Positions 1-10,531 of a stretch of 64,000 nucleotides of DNA are shown piece by piece. Every line of letters begins with the position of its first letter. The stretch's first letter is position 1. The stretch is from NCBI GenBank assembly GCA_963764165.1, contig CAVXRD010000001.1:1440001-1504000 (forward strand), written 5' to 3'. The position numbers were made by a program, and so were the translations under genes. The notes beneath the pieces are model-generated. The model saw only the letters and a list, made by a program, of their open reading frames with translations. It had not been told where the DNA came from and searched no databases. Source of the DNA: an uncultured Verrucomicrobiae bacterium (lineage in GTDB: Bacteria > Verrucomicrobiota > Verrucomicrobiia > Limisphaerales > Palsa-1400).

Positions 1-1
1 C

Positions 2-3000
2 CTCAAGACCCATGCCGAACTCGATGTTTCGGCGATGGCGATGGAACACATAGGGCGCCTGATGGAGCGGCAGGGCGACCCCGTCGGCGCGCGGAAAATC
101 GCGGCGCAAGGCGAAGAGTTGTTTCCGAAATCGCCCGGCGGACAGCTCTGCCACAATCTCATCGCTGAAATTGAATCAAGGTCATTGCGCCTCGAAACGG
201 AGGGCGTATGGAATGCGCCGTGGCCCAAAATATCTGTGCATTATAAGAACATTACGGCGGTCTATTTCCGCGCCATTCCGGTGGATTGGGCGGAATTCCT
301 GCAGCGCCGGTATCCGCGCCCGCAGTTTATGAATCCTGGTCAGCGGCGCGAGTTTCTCAGCAAGCCCGCCGTGTTGCAGTGGAAGGCGGACCTCCCCGCC
401 ACGCCTGACTTCAAGGAGCGCGGCATCGACCTTCCCGCGCCGGAAAATCTAAAGCCGGGTTTCTATTTCATCGCCGCCAGCGGGAACGAAGATTTCAGCG
501 AGGAGGACAACGCAACGATGATGACGAGCGTGTGGGTCAGCGATCTCGCGCTGGTGACGCGCCAGAGAACGGGCGAGGTCGGCGGATTCGTCTTGGACGC
601 GGCCTCGGGCGAACCCATTGCGGGGGCTGACATTTCGGTCTGGCATCTCGGCCAAAACGGAGCTCGCATATCCGATCCCTCGTTGAGAACGGACACGAAC
701 GGCGTTTTTTCCATGAAGCCGTCCGAGAATCGCAATTATCTTTTCCGCGCCCGCCATCACGGAAACGAAATAGCCTCAGACGAGCTTTGGGGGTACGGCT
801 GGAATTGGGAGGGGCAGGGTAAGCCATTCACGCAGACTGTATTTTTCACTGACCGCTCCCTTTACCGTCCCGGGCAAACCATCCAATACAAAGGCATCTG
901 CCTGCGGGCGGACCACGAGAAGGGCCGCTACGAGACCTTGAATGGGCAGGACGTCACCGTGATTTTTGCGGATCCGAACGGGAAGGAAATCGCCCGCCAG
1001 GCGCGCACGGCGAATGATTATGGATCCTTTGCCGGCAGCTTCACAGCCCCGCGCGACCGGCTCATGGGCAGAATGACCATTTACACGATGTCGGCGCCTT
1101 TCGGCAGCGCGCAATTAAGTGTCGAGGAATATAAGCGCCCGAAATTCGAGGTGTCGCTGGATGCTCCCAAATCCGCGCCCAAGCTCAATGAAACGGTGAG
1201 CCTCACCGGCCATGCCACGAGCTACACTGGCGCGGCAGTCGATGGCGCCGTGGTGAAATACCATATCGTCCGCACGACGCAAATGCCGTGGTGGTGCCGA
1301 TGGTGGTCTCCCTACAGGCAGGATGGCCAGCATGAAATCGCCCACGGCACGGCGCAAACTGCGGCCGACGGGTCGTTCAAAATCGAATTCACGGCCAAGG
1401 CCAATCCAAAAGCGCTCGAAAGGGACGAGCCAGTGTTTGCTTTTTATATTGACGCAGACGTGACCGACGGCACTGGTGAAACGCGCTCGGCCGGGCTGGC
1501 GGTGCGGGCTGCCTACACCGCCCTCGCTGCGACGCTTCAGGCTGGCGACTGGCTGACAGACGGCCAGCCCATCGAGCTAAAGATTGGAACCACAACCCTC
1601 GACGGCGCGCCCCAGGCGGCGGAAGGCTCGATCAAAGTTTATGCGCTCAAGCCGCCCGCAAAAATGGAGCGCCCGCGCTTGTTCACCCCGGCGGATAATT
1701 CGGAAGATCCAAGCGATCCGAATAACTGGCCGCTGGGCGAGGCCGCCGCGGAGAAAAATTTTGCCACCGGCACGAACGGCAGTTCGAGCGTCTCGGTCAC
1801 ACTGCCGGCGGGCGAGTATCGCGCCGTGCTGGAAACCGCCGACCGCTTCGGAAAACATGTCACGGCCAAATTGCCCCTGCGCGTTCTCCAGCCGGAGGCG
1901 CCGAAGCTGGCCATAAAAATTCCGCATTTTCTGGCCGCGCCGAAATGGGAATTGCAGCCCGGCGATGAACTGGCGGCGCTTTGGGGAACGGGATACGACT
2001 CGGGCCGCGCGTTTGTGGAGATTGAACATCGCCACGAAATCATTCAACGCTACTGGACTTCCCCCGGCCGCACGCAGCAGCAAATCAAATTCGCCATCAC
2101 GGAGGCCTTACGCGGCGGTTTCACGCTGCATGTGACGCAGGTGCGGGAGAACAGGCATTACACGGATTCGCGCTATGTCTCCGTTCCGTGGAAAAACAAG
2201 GAATTGAAATTGTCGTGGGAGCATTTCAATTCCAAGTTGCGCCCAGGCCAAAACGAAATCTGGACGGCCATTGTCAAAGGGCCATCCTCCGAGAAGGCTG
2301 CCGCAGAATTCGTGGCCGGGATGTACGACGAATCGCTGGATGCCTTCATGCCGCACAATTGGCCGGGCGGCTTCGGGATTTTTTACCGGGATTCCAGTTG
2401 GGATCAGCGGTGGTTCGTGAATTCGGCCGCGCCATTTGACCAGTATAACGCCTGGCGGAATGGCGCAATAAGCTCCCCGTTGTATTACCGCCGGTTTCCG
2501 AATGACCTGACCGAAAATTATGGAGGCCTCCCCTACGTCACCGCAACCCTGGCCTTCGGTATGGGAGGAGGCCTTTCCCGGATGCTGTCCGAGAGCGAGG
2601 TCGCCGCCGATACCGCGGAACCTCGGGCCACGGCTTCATCGCCGGTGAAGGCCAAGGCAGGAAGTTCTTCTTTTCAAAACAATTTGTCCCTCGACAAAGC
2701 TTCCGTTCCCTCCGGACAATTTCCCGGCCCGGCAAAAGGGCCGGCCGCCATCGATCTCGCCAAAGTGACTGCCCGGGTCAATCTTACCGAGACCGCTTTC
2801 TTTTTTCCCCAGCTCACCACCGATTCCAATGGCGAAGTGCGGATGACCTTCACCATGCCGGAAGGACTTACCAAATGGCATTTCCTCGGCTTCGCCCATG
2901 ACCGGCAATTGCGCGGCGGTCTTCTCGAAGGCCACGCCTTCACCTCGAAGGACATCATGGTGCAGCCGAATCCGCCGCGATTCTTGCGCGAGGGAGACAC

Positions 3001-5104
3001 GGTTGAATTCACGGCGAAGGTTTCCAATCAAAGCGATAAGCCGCAATCCGGCAAAGTCCGCCTCACCTTCACTCAGAATGGCGCTGAGGTCTCGGCGGAC
3101 GGGCTTCTCAAAAACACGTCGCCTGAAAGAACGTTTGAGATTCCTTCCAAGGAATCGCGCAGTTTTTCCTGGCGCATCACCGTGCCGGACGGCGCGCCGT
3201 ATCTCACCTACAAGGCGGTCGCTTCCACCGGGGAATTTTCCGATGGCGAGGAAGGCGGGTTGCCGGTCTTGTCGCGCCGCGTCCTCGTGACAGAGTCCCT
3301 TCCCCTGCCCATGCGGGACAAGGGAAAGAAAATTTTCGATTTCACCAAGCTGCTAAATTCCGGCAAATCCAAAACGCTGCGCAGCCAAAGCTTGACCGTG
3401 CAGATGGTTTCCAATCCGGCGTGGTACGCCGTGCTCGCGCTGCCGTATTTGATGGAATATCCCTACGAATGCAGCGAGCAGACCTTCAACCGCCTCTACG
3501 CGAATTCGCTCGCCAGAAGCATCGCCAATCACGATCCGAAAATTCGCAAAATTTTTGATCTTTGGAAGAATCAATCCACCCTCGATTCGCCGCTGGAGAA
3601 AAATCAGGAGTTGAAATCGGTCATGATCGAGGAAACGCCGTGGCTGAACGACGCCTTGAACGAAAGCCAGGCCCGCAAGAACGTTGGAATTCTATTTGAC
3701 GACAATCGACTCAATTATGAAACCGAAAATACTTTGGAGAAATTGAAGCAGGCGCAATTGGACGACGGGCGCTGGCCGTGGTTTCCAGGAGGCCCCGCAA
3801 GTGATTACATCACCCTTTACATTGTGGCGGGTTTTGGCCGGTTGCGCCATCTGGGCGCCGATGTGCCAACGGATCTTGCCCAGCGCGCGATCGGCCGGCT
3901 GGACGCCTGGATGATGGAGCATTACGACGACATTCAGAAGAATTGGCCACACCCGGAGGACTACGCTCCGAATCCGACCGACTGCCTCTATTTGTATGGA
4001 CGAAGCTTTTTCCTGAAAGACAAGCCCATCGCGGCGGAACATAAGAAGGCCATTGAATTTTTCCTCGGCCAATCGCGCAAGCTTTGGCTGCAAACCAATT
4101 GGCGCCAATCTCAAGGGCAGCTCGCCATCGCGCTCAATCGCTGGGGCGGAAATGAAAACGCCGCAGCCGCGCAGGCCATCATGCGCTCGCTTAAAGAGCA
4201 CAGCGTGAACAATGAAGAAATGGGCATGTTCTGGCGCGATCTTGAATTGAGCTGGTGGTGGTATCGCGCGCCGGTTGAAACGCAAGCGCTGATGATCGAG
4301 GCGTTCGACGAGGTGGCGCATGACGACAAAGCCGTCGAGGATTGCCGCGTGTGGCTGTTGAAACAAAAGCAAACGCAGGATTGGCGCACAACCAAAGCGA
4401 CCGCCGACGCCGTTTACGCGCTGTTGCTTCGCGGCCGCGATTGGCTCTCAAGCACGGCGTTGGTCGACGTGAGTTTGGGAGGCACCGATGTCACGCCGAA
4501 ACCGCAAACATCCGCCGCGCAAAAAATCGAGCCGGGCACGGGATTTTACGAAGTGCGATTTACTCTGTCGGATATCAAGCCGAAGATGGGCCACGTCACT
4601 GTGACCAAGTCAGACGCGGGCGTCGCGTGGGGCGGCGCGCATTGGCAATACCTCGAGGACATTAGCAAAGTGACACCTTACGAGGGAACGCCGCTGCATT
4701 TGAAGAAGGCGTTATTTACCAAAGTTGCGACGGCGCATGGCCAGGAACTTCAACCGGTGAAAGGTTCACTCGCCGTTGGTGATGAGTTGGTCGTGCGCAT
4801 TGAATTGCGGACGGATCGCGATATGGAATTTGTCCACTTGAAGGACCAGCGCGGAAGCGGCACCGAACCGGTGAATGTGCTTTCCCGTTACAAATACCAG
4901 GATGGCCTCGCCTACTACGAAAGCACCCGCGACACGGCCAGCCATTTCTTCATCGATTATTTGCCGAAGGGAACTTACGTCTTCGAGTATTCGACGCGCG
5001 TGCAATTGCGCGGCGAATACCAAAGCGGCATCGCGGAAATCCAGTGCATGTACGCGCCGGAATTCAACAGCCATAGCGAAAGTGTGCGTTTGATCGTGAA
5101 ATGA
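2..5104 (+). CDS. Bacterial alpha-2-macroglobulin family protein (5'-truncated by window edge)
   Basis: Frame is open from base 2. Motifs: FTDRSLYRPGQ (MG2), VEEYKRPKFEV, ETAFFFPQL, QPNPPRFLREGD, thioester-type YPYECSEQ, C-terminal CMYAPEF. Confidence 0.93.
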   Translation, partial: LKTHAELDVSAMAMEHIGRLMERQGDPVGARKIAAQGEELFPKSPGGQLCHNLIAEIESRSLRLETEGVWNAPWPKISVHYKNITAVYFRAIPVDWAEFLQRRYPRPQFMNPGQRREFLSKPAVLQWKADLPATPDFKERGIDLPAPENLKPGFYFIAASGNEDFSEEDNATMMTSVWVSDLALVTRQRTGEVGGFVLDAASGEPIAGADISVWHLGQNGARISDPSLRTDTNGVFSMKPSENRNYLFRARHHGNEIASDELWGYGWNWEGQGKPFTQTVFFTDRSLYRPGQTIQYKGICLRADHEKGRYETLNGQDVTVIFADPNGKEIARQARTANDYGSFAGSFTAPRDRLMGRMTIYTMSAPFGSAQLSVEEYKRPKFEVSLDAPKSAPKLNETVSLTGHATSYTGAAVDGAVVKYHIVRTTQMPWWCRWWSPYRQDGQHEIAHGTAQTAADGSFKIEFTAKANPKALERDEPVFAFYIDADVTDGTGETRSAGLAVRAAYTALAATLQAGDWLTDGQPIELKIGTTTLDGAPQAAEGSIKVYALKPPAKMERPRLFTPADNSEDPSDPNNWPLGEAAAEKNFATGTNGSSSVSVTLPAGEYRAVLETADRFGKHVTAKLPLRVLQPEAPKLAIKIPHFLAAPKWELQPGDELAALWGTGYDSGRAFVEIEHRHEIIQRYWTSPGRTQQQIKFAITEALRGGFTLHVTQVRENRHYTDSRYVSVPWKNKELKLSWEHFNSKLRPGQNEIWTAIVKGPSSEKAAAEFVAGMYDESLDAFMPHNWPGGFGIFYRDSSWDQRWFVNSAAPFDQYNAWRNGAISSPLYYRRFPNDLTENYGGLPYVTATLAFGMGGGLSRMLSESEVAADTAEPRATASSPVKAKAGSSSFQNNLSLDKASVPSGQFPGPAKGPAAIDLAKVTARVNLTETAFFFPQLTTDSNGEVRMTFTMPEGLTKWHFLGFAHDRQLRGGLLEGHAFTSKDIMVQPNPPRFLREGDTVEFTAKVSNQSDKPQSGKVRLTFTQNGAEVSADGLLKNTSPERTFEIPSKESRSFSWRITVPDGAPYLTYKAVASTGEFSDGEEGGLPVLSRRVLVTESLPLPMRDKGKKIFDFTKLLNSGKSKTLRSQSLTVQMVSNPAWYAVLALPYLMEYPYECSEQTFNRLYANSLARSIANHDPKIRKIFDLWKNQSTLDSPLEKNQELKSVMIEETPWLNDALNESQARKNVGILFDDNRLNYETENTLEKLKQAQLDDGRWPWFPGGPASDYITLYIVAGFGRLRHLGADVPTDLAQRAIGRLDAWMMEHYDDIQKNWPHPEDYAPNPTDCLYLYGRSFFLKDKPIAAEHKKAIEFFLGQSRKLWLQTNWRQSQGQLAIALNRWGGNENAAAAQAIMRSLKEHSVNNEEMGMFWRDLELSWWWYRAPVETQALMIEAFDEVAHDDKAVEDCRVWLLKQKQTQDWRTTKATADAVYALLLRGRDWLSSTALVDVSLGGTDVTPKPQTSAAQKIEPGTGFYEVRFTLSDIKPKMGHVTVTKSDAGVAWGGAHWQYLEDISKVTPYEGTPLHLKKALFTKVATAHGQELQPVKGSLAVGDELVVRIELRTDRDMEFVHLKDQRGSGTEPVNVLSRYKYQDGLAYYESTRDTASHFFIDYLPKGTYVFEYSTRVQLRGEYQSGIAEIQCMYAPEFNSHSESVRLIVK

Positions 5105-5112
5105 CGAGTTGC

Positions 5113-5198
5113 TTTCATACTTCCCATTATTCCCATCAGTCCCATTTTAATGGGAGGAATGGGAATTATAGGAGTTATGGGACGGCCTCGCCCTGCCG
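5113..5198. repeat. 9-bp-period TCCCAT/ATGGGA inverted repeat element, copy 1
   Basis: tcccattat tcccatcag tcccatttt is followed by atgggagga atgggaatt ataggagtt atgggac and then cctcgccctgcc. It lies between convergent genes; a homologous copy is at 22083-22170. Confidence 0.8.
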
Positions 5199-6212
5199 AG
5201 CGCGCGGAATTTTCACGCGCTTCACCCACTCCTGGTTTTCCAAATACCACACGATGGTTTCTCGCAAGCCAGTCTCGAACGTGTGCGCGGGCGTCCAGCC
5301 GAGTTCCTTTTGAATTTTGCCGGCGTCGATGGCATAGCGGCGGTCATGGCCGGGACGGTCTTTGACGAACGTAATCAGCTTGCGCGACGAACCACCCAGT
5401 TGCGGAGCCAGTTCGTCCATTGTGTCACATATAAGCTCCACGATGCGGATGTTCGCCCATTCGTTGTGCCCCCCGATGTTGTAACTCTCGCCATCCGCGC
5501 CGCGCGTCAAGACCTGCCAGAGCGCCTCCGCATGATCGAGCACGTAAAGCCAATCGCGCACGTTCATGCCATCGCCGTAAACGGGAATCGCGCGCCGCTG
5601 GCAAATGCTTTCGATGATGACCGGGATAAGCTTCTCGGGAAACTGGCGCGGGCCGTAATTGTTCGAGCAATTCGTCGTCACCACCGGCAATCCATAGGTG
5701 TGATGATAGGAGCGCACCAGGAAATCACTCGAAGCCTTGCTGGCGGAATAGGGGGAGTTCGGCGCGTAGGAAGTCGTCTCCGTGAAATATCCCGCCGGGC
5801 CAAGGCTGCCGTAGACTTCGTCCGTGGAAACGTGATGAAAACGTCTGCCCTCCCATTTTTGGCTCCATGCCCCCCGCACGGCTTCCAGCAAATTAAACGT
5901 GCCCAGAATATTGGTGTGAATGAAATCGCCCGGGCCAGAGATCGATCGGTCCACATGCGATTCCGCAGCGAGATGCAAAACATGTGTGATAGCGTGCCGC
6001 TCGACGACCAATTGAACCGCCGCTTTGTCGCGCAAATCCACTTTCTCAAAAGCGTATTTCGATCTGCCTTCAATCCCTTCCAAATTCTCCAGGCGGCCCG
6101 CGTAGGTCAGGCAATCGAGATTCACCAGCTTCTGAATCTCCGGTTTGTCAATAATATGATGGATCAGGTTCGACCCGATGAATCCAGCCCCGCCGGTGAC
6201 GAGCAGGTTCAT
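5175..6212 (-). CDS. rfbB: dTDP-glucose 4,6-dehydratase
   Basis: [55 protein letters not shown]. Start set at ATG 6212, which overlaps the upstream stop. Confidence 0.96.
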   Translation of the reverse strand: MNLLVTGGAGFIGSNLIHHIIDKPEIQKLVNLDCLTYAGRLENLEGIEGRSKYAFEKVDLRDKAAVQLVVERHAITHVLHLAAESHVDRSISGPGDFIHTNILGTFNLLEAVRGAWSQKWEGRRFHHVSTDEVYGSLGPAGYFTETTSYAPNSPYSASKASSDFLVRSYHHTYGLPVVTTNCSNNYGPRQFPEKLIPVIIESICQRRAIPVYGDGMNVRDWLYVLDHAEALWQVLTRGADGESYNIGGHNEWANIRIVELICDTMDELAPQLGGSSRKLITFVKDRPGHDRRYAIDAGKIQKELGWTPAHTFETGLRETIVWYLENQEWVKRVKIPRARQGEAVP

Positions 6213-7159
6213 GCCAGGGGTTTCCATTGTTGCAGCGCGTCGGCCAGCGCTTCCTCCACCGGGCGCATCGCCACTCCTGCGGCGAGCAATTTCGAGACAT
6301 CCATGATGCAGTTGGAGCGGGGCGTTTTCGCCGCCACGCGATAGAATTCCTCGTCGTTCATCCAAAATTCAAAGGGGCGCGATGGCTTCAGGATTTTCTG
6401 AATCATTTCCACCACCTGGCGCGAGGTAATAAAACCGGGATTGGTCACATTGTAGGTGCCGAAGGGCGCGCCCCGCTTCCAAAGCTCCACGCAGCCCTTG
6501 ACGAAATCCTCCCGGTGCGAGAGCGAGTTCGCGTTGTCGTAAACCTTGGCATAATTTTGCAGCTTGCTGAGGTAATTGCGCGGGTCGTCAAATCGGTCAA
6601 ACGGAATGCGCAGCCGCCAGATATAATTCTCGCCCACGCCGCGAACCGCCTCCTCGCCGAGTGCCTTCGTGCCGCTGTAAAAACTGCATGGAGGCCTGCG
6701 AAAACTGAAATTCGGCTCGTCTTGCTCGGTGAAACCGTGAAACGCGCCGCGATTTTCCGCCAGCAGCGTTTGCATTGCAGGAGTGGCCAGGCTGCGCTCG
6801 ACCCGCTCCGCGCTGTTTTCCTTCACTTTCGCGCCGGAGAAAATGCAGCCGGACGAAACGTGGCCCCACGGGATTTTCAATTCCGCGCAAACGTGCGCCA
6901 CCATGGCCGGAAAAAGCGTGTTCCCTTGCAGCGTGTCCGCCTGAAACCGTTCGCAGGCGTCGACATTCGGCTTGCCGGTGTAGCCCGCCGAGTTGATGAG
7001 AAAATTCGGTTTGACTCGCGCCAAATACTCGCGCAGCGCGGCAAATTTCGTGTACTCCACGTCGGCCCGCGCCGGCGCGGCGAAGTCCATTTTTTGCTCG
7101 CGCAGCGTTTGGGCGAATTGGCGCCCCATGTAGCCGGTTGCTCCGAGAAGAACAATCAT
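6209..7159 (-). CDS. RmlD-like SDR; probable NDP-4-keto-6-deoxyglucose 3,5-epimerase/4-reductase
   Basis: GATGYMG Rossmann motif, [23 protein letters not shown] (YxxxK), LRIP, PRNYLSK; located between rfbA and rfbB. Confidence 0.8.
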   Translation of the reverse strand: MIVLLGATGYMGRQFAQTLREQKMDFAAPARADVEYTKFAALREYLARVKPNFLINSAGYTGKPNVDACERFQADTLQGNTLFPAMVAHVCAELKIPWGHVSSGCIFSGAKVKENSAERVERSLATPAMQTLLAENRGAFHGFTEQDEPNFSFRRPPCSFYSGTKALGEEAVRGVGENYIWRLRIPFDRFDDPRNYLSKLQNYAKVYDNANSLSHREDFVKGCVELWKRGAPFGTYNVTNPGFITSRQVVEMIQKILKPSRPFEFWMNDEEFYRVAAKTPRSNCIMDVSKLLAAGVAMRPVEEALADALQQWKPLA

Positions 7160-7160
7160 A

Positions 7161-8030
7161 TCAAATTGAATTGTCGGTCAGCACGCGGAGAAGGTACTCG
7201 CGGTATTCGCAATTGGGAATTTTGCCGGCCAGTTTTTCGAGGCTGTCCCTCGACAGAAAACCGCGGCGATAAGCCGCTTCCTCCGGGCAGCCAATCTTGA
7301 TGCCCTGGCGCTTCTCGATGGTCTGCACATATGCGGAAGCCTCGTGCAGACTGCTGCTGGTGCCCGCGTCGAGCCACGCGAACCCCCGGCTCAGTGGATA
7401 CACCCGCAAGCGCCCCTTGTTCATGTAGGCCACATTGACATCGGTGATTTCCAACTCTCCGCGCTGCGATGGCTTCAAGTTCTTTGTGATCTCGACCACA
7501 GAATTATCGTAAATGTAAAGTCCTGGAACTGCCATGTTGCTGCGCGGTTTGGCCGGCTTTTCCTCAATCGATATGGCGCTGCCCTCCGCGTCAAATTCCA
7601 CCACGCCATAGCGCTCGGGATCATGCACGCGGTATCCAAAAATCGAGGCGCCGCTTTGAAAATCCGCGAAAGCTTTTTTGAATCCATCCGCGCCATAGAA
7701 AATGTTATCTCCCAAAATCAGAGTCACCGGGTCGCCGCCGATAAATGATTCGGCGATGAGGAACGCCTGCGCAATTCCCGCCGGACGCGCCTGCTCGCGA
7801 TATTCAATCGAAAGCCCCCAATTCGATCCATCCCCCAACAGTTGGCGGAAACGCGGCAAATCCGCGGGCGTCGAGATCAGGCAAAACTCGCGCACGCCAT
7901 TCTCGACGAGCGTGGTCAGCGGATAATAGACCATCGGCTTATCGTAGACCGGCTGCAATTGTTTGCTGGCGACGAGGGTCAGCGGATAAAGGCGCGAACC
8001 CGCGCCACCTGCGAGGATTATGCCTTTCAT
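7161..8030 (-). CDS. rfbA: Glucose-1-phosphate thymidylyltransferase
   Basis: [45 protein letters not shown]. Confidence 0.97.
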   Translation of the reverse strand: MKGIILAGGAGSRLYPLTLVASKQLQPVYDKPMVYYPLTTLVENGVREFCLISTPADLPRFRQLLGDGSNWGLSIEYREQARPAGIAQAFLIAESFIGGDPVTLILGDNIFYGADGFKKAFADFQSGASIFGYRVHDPERYGVVEFDAEGSAISIEEKPAKPRSNMAVPGLYIYDNSVVEITKNLKPSQRGELEITDVNVAYMNKGRLRVYPLSRGFAWLDAGTSSSLHEASAYVQTIEKRQGIKIGCPEEAAYRRGFLSRDSLEKLAGKIPNCEYREYLLRVLTDNSI

Positions 8031-9091
8031 TTTTCAGCGGGTTTGGCCTTGGCCTTTTGTTGACGCGCGAAGTCCTGGACGTACCACTCCAGAGCCTCGT
8101 CCAGCCCTTGCTTCAAATCATGGGTTGGGCGGTAGCCGAGCGAACGGCGCGCTTGATCAATGCTCGCGCGGGAATGCAAAACATCGCCCGCCCGAAATTC
8201 GCCGCAGACCGGCTTGATGCCAGCCAGCGCCGGACGCGATTTTGCCAGCCCCTTCCGCAGCAATTCGAATAGTTCGTTCAATGATGTTTGCGCTCCCACG
8301 GCGATGTTGAAAACCTTGTTGACCGCGTCCGCCTTCTGCGTTGTGGCAGCCAGAAGATTGGCTTGGACGACATTGGCCACGAAACAAAAGTCGCGGCTGG
8401 TCGAGCCATCTCCGTTGATGCGGACGGGCTGGCCCAGCAGCATGGCGGCGATCCATTTTGGGATGACGGCCGCATACGCGCCGTTGGGATCCTGCCGCGG
8501 TCCGAAGACGTTGAAGTAGCGAAGGCCAATCGCTTGCGTGCCGTAGCAGCGCGCGAACACATCGGCGTAAAGCTCGTTGATCCGCTTTGTCACCGCGTAG
8601 GGAGAAAGGCAGTTTCCGATGTTCGCCTCCGACTGCGGCATTTGATTTTCGTCTCCGTAAACGGCGCTGCTGGACGCGTAGACAAAACGTTTGACACCGT
8701 TGAGTTTCGCCGCCCAGAAAACGTTGAGGAATCCGGCGACGTTCGCCTCGTTGGAAAGAATCGGCTCCTCAATCGAGCGAGGCACGGAACCGAGCGCCGC
8801 TTGATGCAACACATAATCGACGCCGCGCAAAGCGCGCTTGCAGAGGGCGGCGTCGCGGATGTCGCCTTCAATCCAGCGGAAGTTCTTGCGCAATTCCGAA
8901 CCGACCGCCACGCGCACCTGCGCGAGATTGTGTTTGTGGCCGGTGGAGAGATCGTCGAGGCCAATGACGCGCTGCCGCAAGCGCAGCAATTGCTCGACAA
9001 GATTGGAGCCTATGAATCCCGCCGCTCCCGTCACCAGCCAAACGGAGGGTGATGCGGCGAGTTGCTCTTTCAGTTTGTCGAATGGAGTCAT
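8027..9091 (-). CDS. UDP-GlcNAc(A) 4-epimerase, WbpP/TviC-like SDR
   Basis: [57 protein letters not shown]. Confidence 0.88.
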   Translation of the reverse strand: MTPFDKLKEQLAASPSVWLVTGAAGFIGSNLVEQLLRLRQRVIGLDDLSTGHKHNLAQVRVAVGSELRKNFRWIEGDIRDAALCKRALRGVDYVLHQAALGSVPRSIEEPILSNEANVAGFLNVFWAAKLNGVKRFVYASSSAVYGDENQMPQSEANIGNCLSPYAVTKRINELYADVFARCYGTQAIGLRYFNVFGPRQDPNGAYAAVIPKWIAAMLLGQPVRINGDGSTSRDFCFVANVVQANLLAATTQKADAVNKVFNIAVGAQTSLNELFELLRKGLAKSRPALAGIKPVCGEFRAGDVLHSRASIDQARRSLGYRPTHDLKQGLDEALEWYVQDFARQQKAKAKPAEK

Positions 9092-9103
9092 GATTTGAAA
9101 ATG

Positions 9104-10399
9104 TCAGGCTTTGCGAACTTGTCCGGGTTTGGTTGGAATCGACGCCATCACATTTCTAGTGTCAACGATGCAATCCGCCCACTGCGCCAGGGCCTTGTAG
9201 TCAATATTTGCGTGATTCGTCGCGATAAGGACGAGGTCAAAATTTTTCACGGTCTCGGCGTTCCAGTGAATGGATTTCACGCCTGCCCATTGCGGATGTT
9301 CCCGCGTCAATTTGATTACCGGAATGTAGGGGTCGTAATAGGAGACTTCAGCTCCCCGCTCTTTCAACGCGGTCATCAGCACGTAGCTGGGAGACTCGCG
9401 ATCATCGTCCACGTTCGCCTTGTAGGCGAGGCCGAGCACCAGAATTTTGCTGCCGTTGAGAGCTTTGCGGCGATCATTCAACGCCGCCACAATTTGGTGG
9501 AGGACGTAGTCGGGCATCGAAGAATTAATTTCGCCAGCCAGCTCGATAAAACGCGTGTTCTGCACGAACTCACGCGCCTTCCATGTCAAATAAAATGGAT
9601 CAATGGGAATGCAGTGCCCGCCCAATCCCGGCCCCGGATAAAACGGCATGAACCCGAACGGTTTGGTTTTCGCCGCGTCGATCACTTCCCAAATATCAAT
9701 GCCCATCGCGGAATAAACGACCTTCAATTCGTTCACCAATGCGATGTTCACGCTGCGAAAAATATTCTCCATCAGCTTTGCCGCCTCCGCGACTCGGCAC
9801 GAAGCCACCGGCACCAACGCCTTGAAAGCGTGACTGTAAATAAACTTCGCGCGCTCAAGGCACGACGGAGTGAATCCGCCAACGACTTTGGGAATTTCCA
9901 TCGCGTTGCCGTGCGAATAACCCGGATCTTCGCGCTCGGGCGAATACGCCAAATGAAAATCAATGCCCGCTTTCAAGCGGGAACCCCGCTCAAGGACGGC
10001 GCGCAGATTCTCCTCGGTCGTCCCCGGAAACGTCGTGGATTCCAGCGCGACGAGCGCGCCCTGTTTGAGGTGGGGCGCGATGGCCTCGCCAGTTTTCAAC
10101 ACGAATGACAAATCCGGTTCGCGATTTTTGTTGAGCGGGGTCGGCACACAAATGATCACCGCCTCCACTTCGGAAACGCGGCTGAAATCCGTTGAAGCCG
10201 AGAAACGGCCAGCCTTCACGGCCTCGGCAATTTCACTGGCCGGAATGTGGCGGATGTAGGTCTGCCCCGCCGAAAGCGCCGCGACTTTTTTTTCATCAAT
10301 ATCGAGCCCGAGGACATCGACATTGGAACGGGCCATGCGGAGGGAGAGCGGGAGTCCGACGTATCCCAGGCCGATGATCGCGATTTTTGTAGTTTTCAA
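9104..10399 (-). CDS. UDP-N-acetylglucosamine 6-dehydrogenase-like nucleotide sugar dehydrogenase (WbpA-like)
   Basis: IIGLGYVGLPL, ICVPTPL, ESTTFPGTT, YSPEREDPG, GPGLGGHCIPIDP, LAYKANVDDDRESP. Confidence 0.9.
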   Translation of the reverse strand: MKTTKIAIIGLGYVGLPLSLRMARSNVDVLGLDIDEKKVAALSAGQTYIRHIPASEIAEAVKAGRFSASTDFSRVSEVEAVIICVPTPLNKNREPDLSFVLKTGEAIAPHLKQGALVALESTTFPGTTEENLRAVLERGSRLKAGIDFHLAYSPEREDPGYSHGNAMEIPKVVGGFTPSCLERAKFIYSHAFKALVPVASCRVAEAAKLMENIFRSVNIALVNELKVVYSAMGIDIWEVIDAAKTKPFGFMPFYPGPGLGGHCIPIDPFYLTWKAREFVQNTRFIELAGEINSSMPDYVLHQIVAALNDRRKALNGSKILVLGLAYKANVDDDRESPSYVLMTALKERGAEVSYYDPYIPVIKLTREHPQWAGVKSIHWNAETVKNFDLVLIATNHANIDYKALAQWADCIVDTRNVMASIPTKPGQVRKA

Positions 10400-10465
10400 G
10401 GCGGCGACGTTCGCTGCGGTTTAGCACGCCGATGCGGCGCAATCAACGCTATTAACGGTCTCCGA

Positions 10466-10531
10466 GGCAGGGACGCCTCGCCGAGGCGTCCGGGGTGAGG
10501 CGCTATCCGCGCGCAACCGGACGCCCCGGCG
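10466..10531. repeat. REP-like palindrome pair GGYAGGGACGCCTCGCCGAGGCGTCC; the right member is split by the IS
   Basis: Left unit 10466-10492. Right inverted unit cggacgccccggcg (10518-10531) continues as ggcgaggcgtccctacc at 12215-12231. Same family at 19994-20188. Confidence 0.85.
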
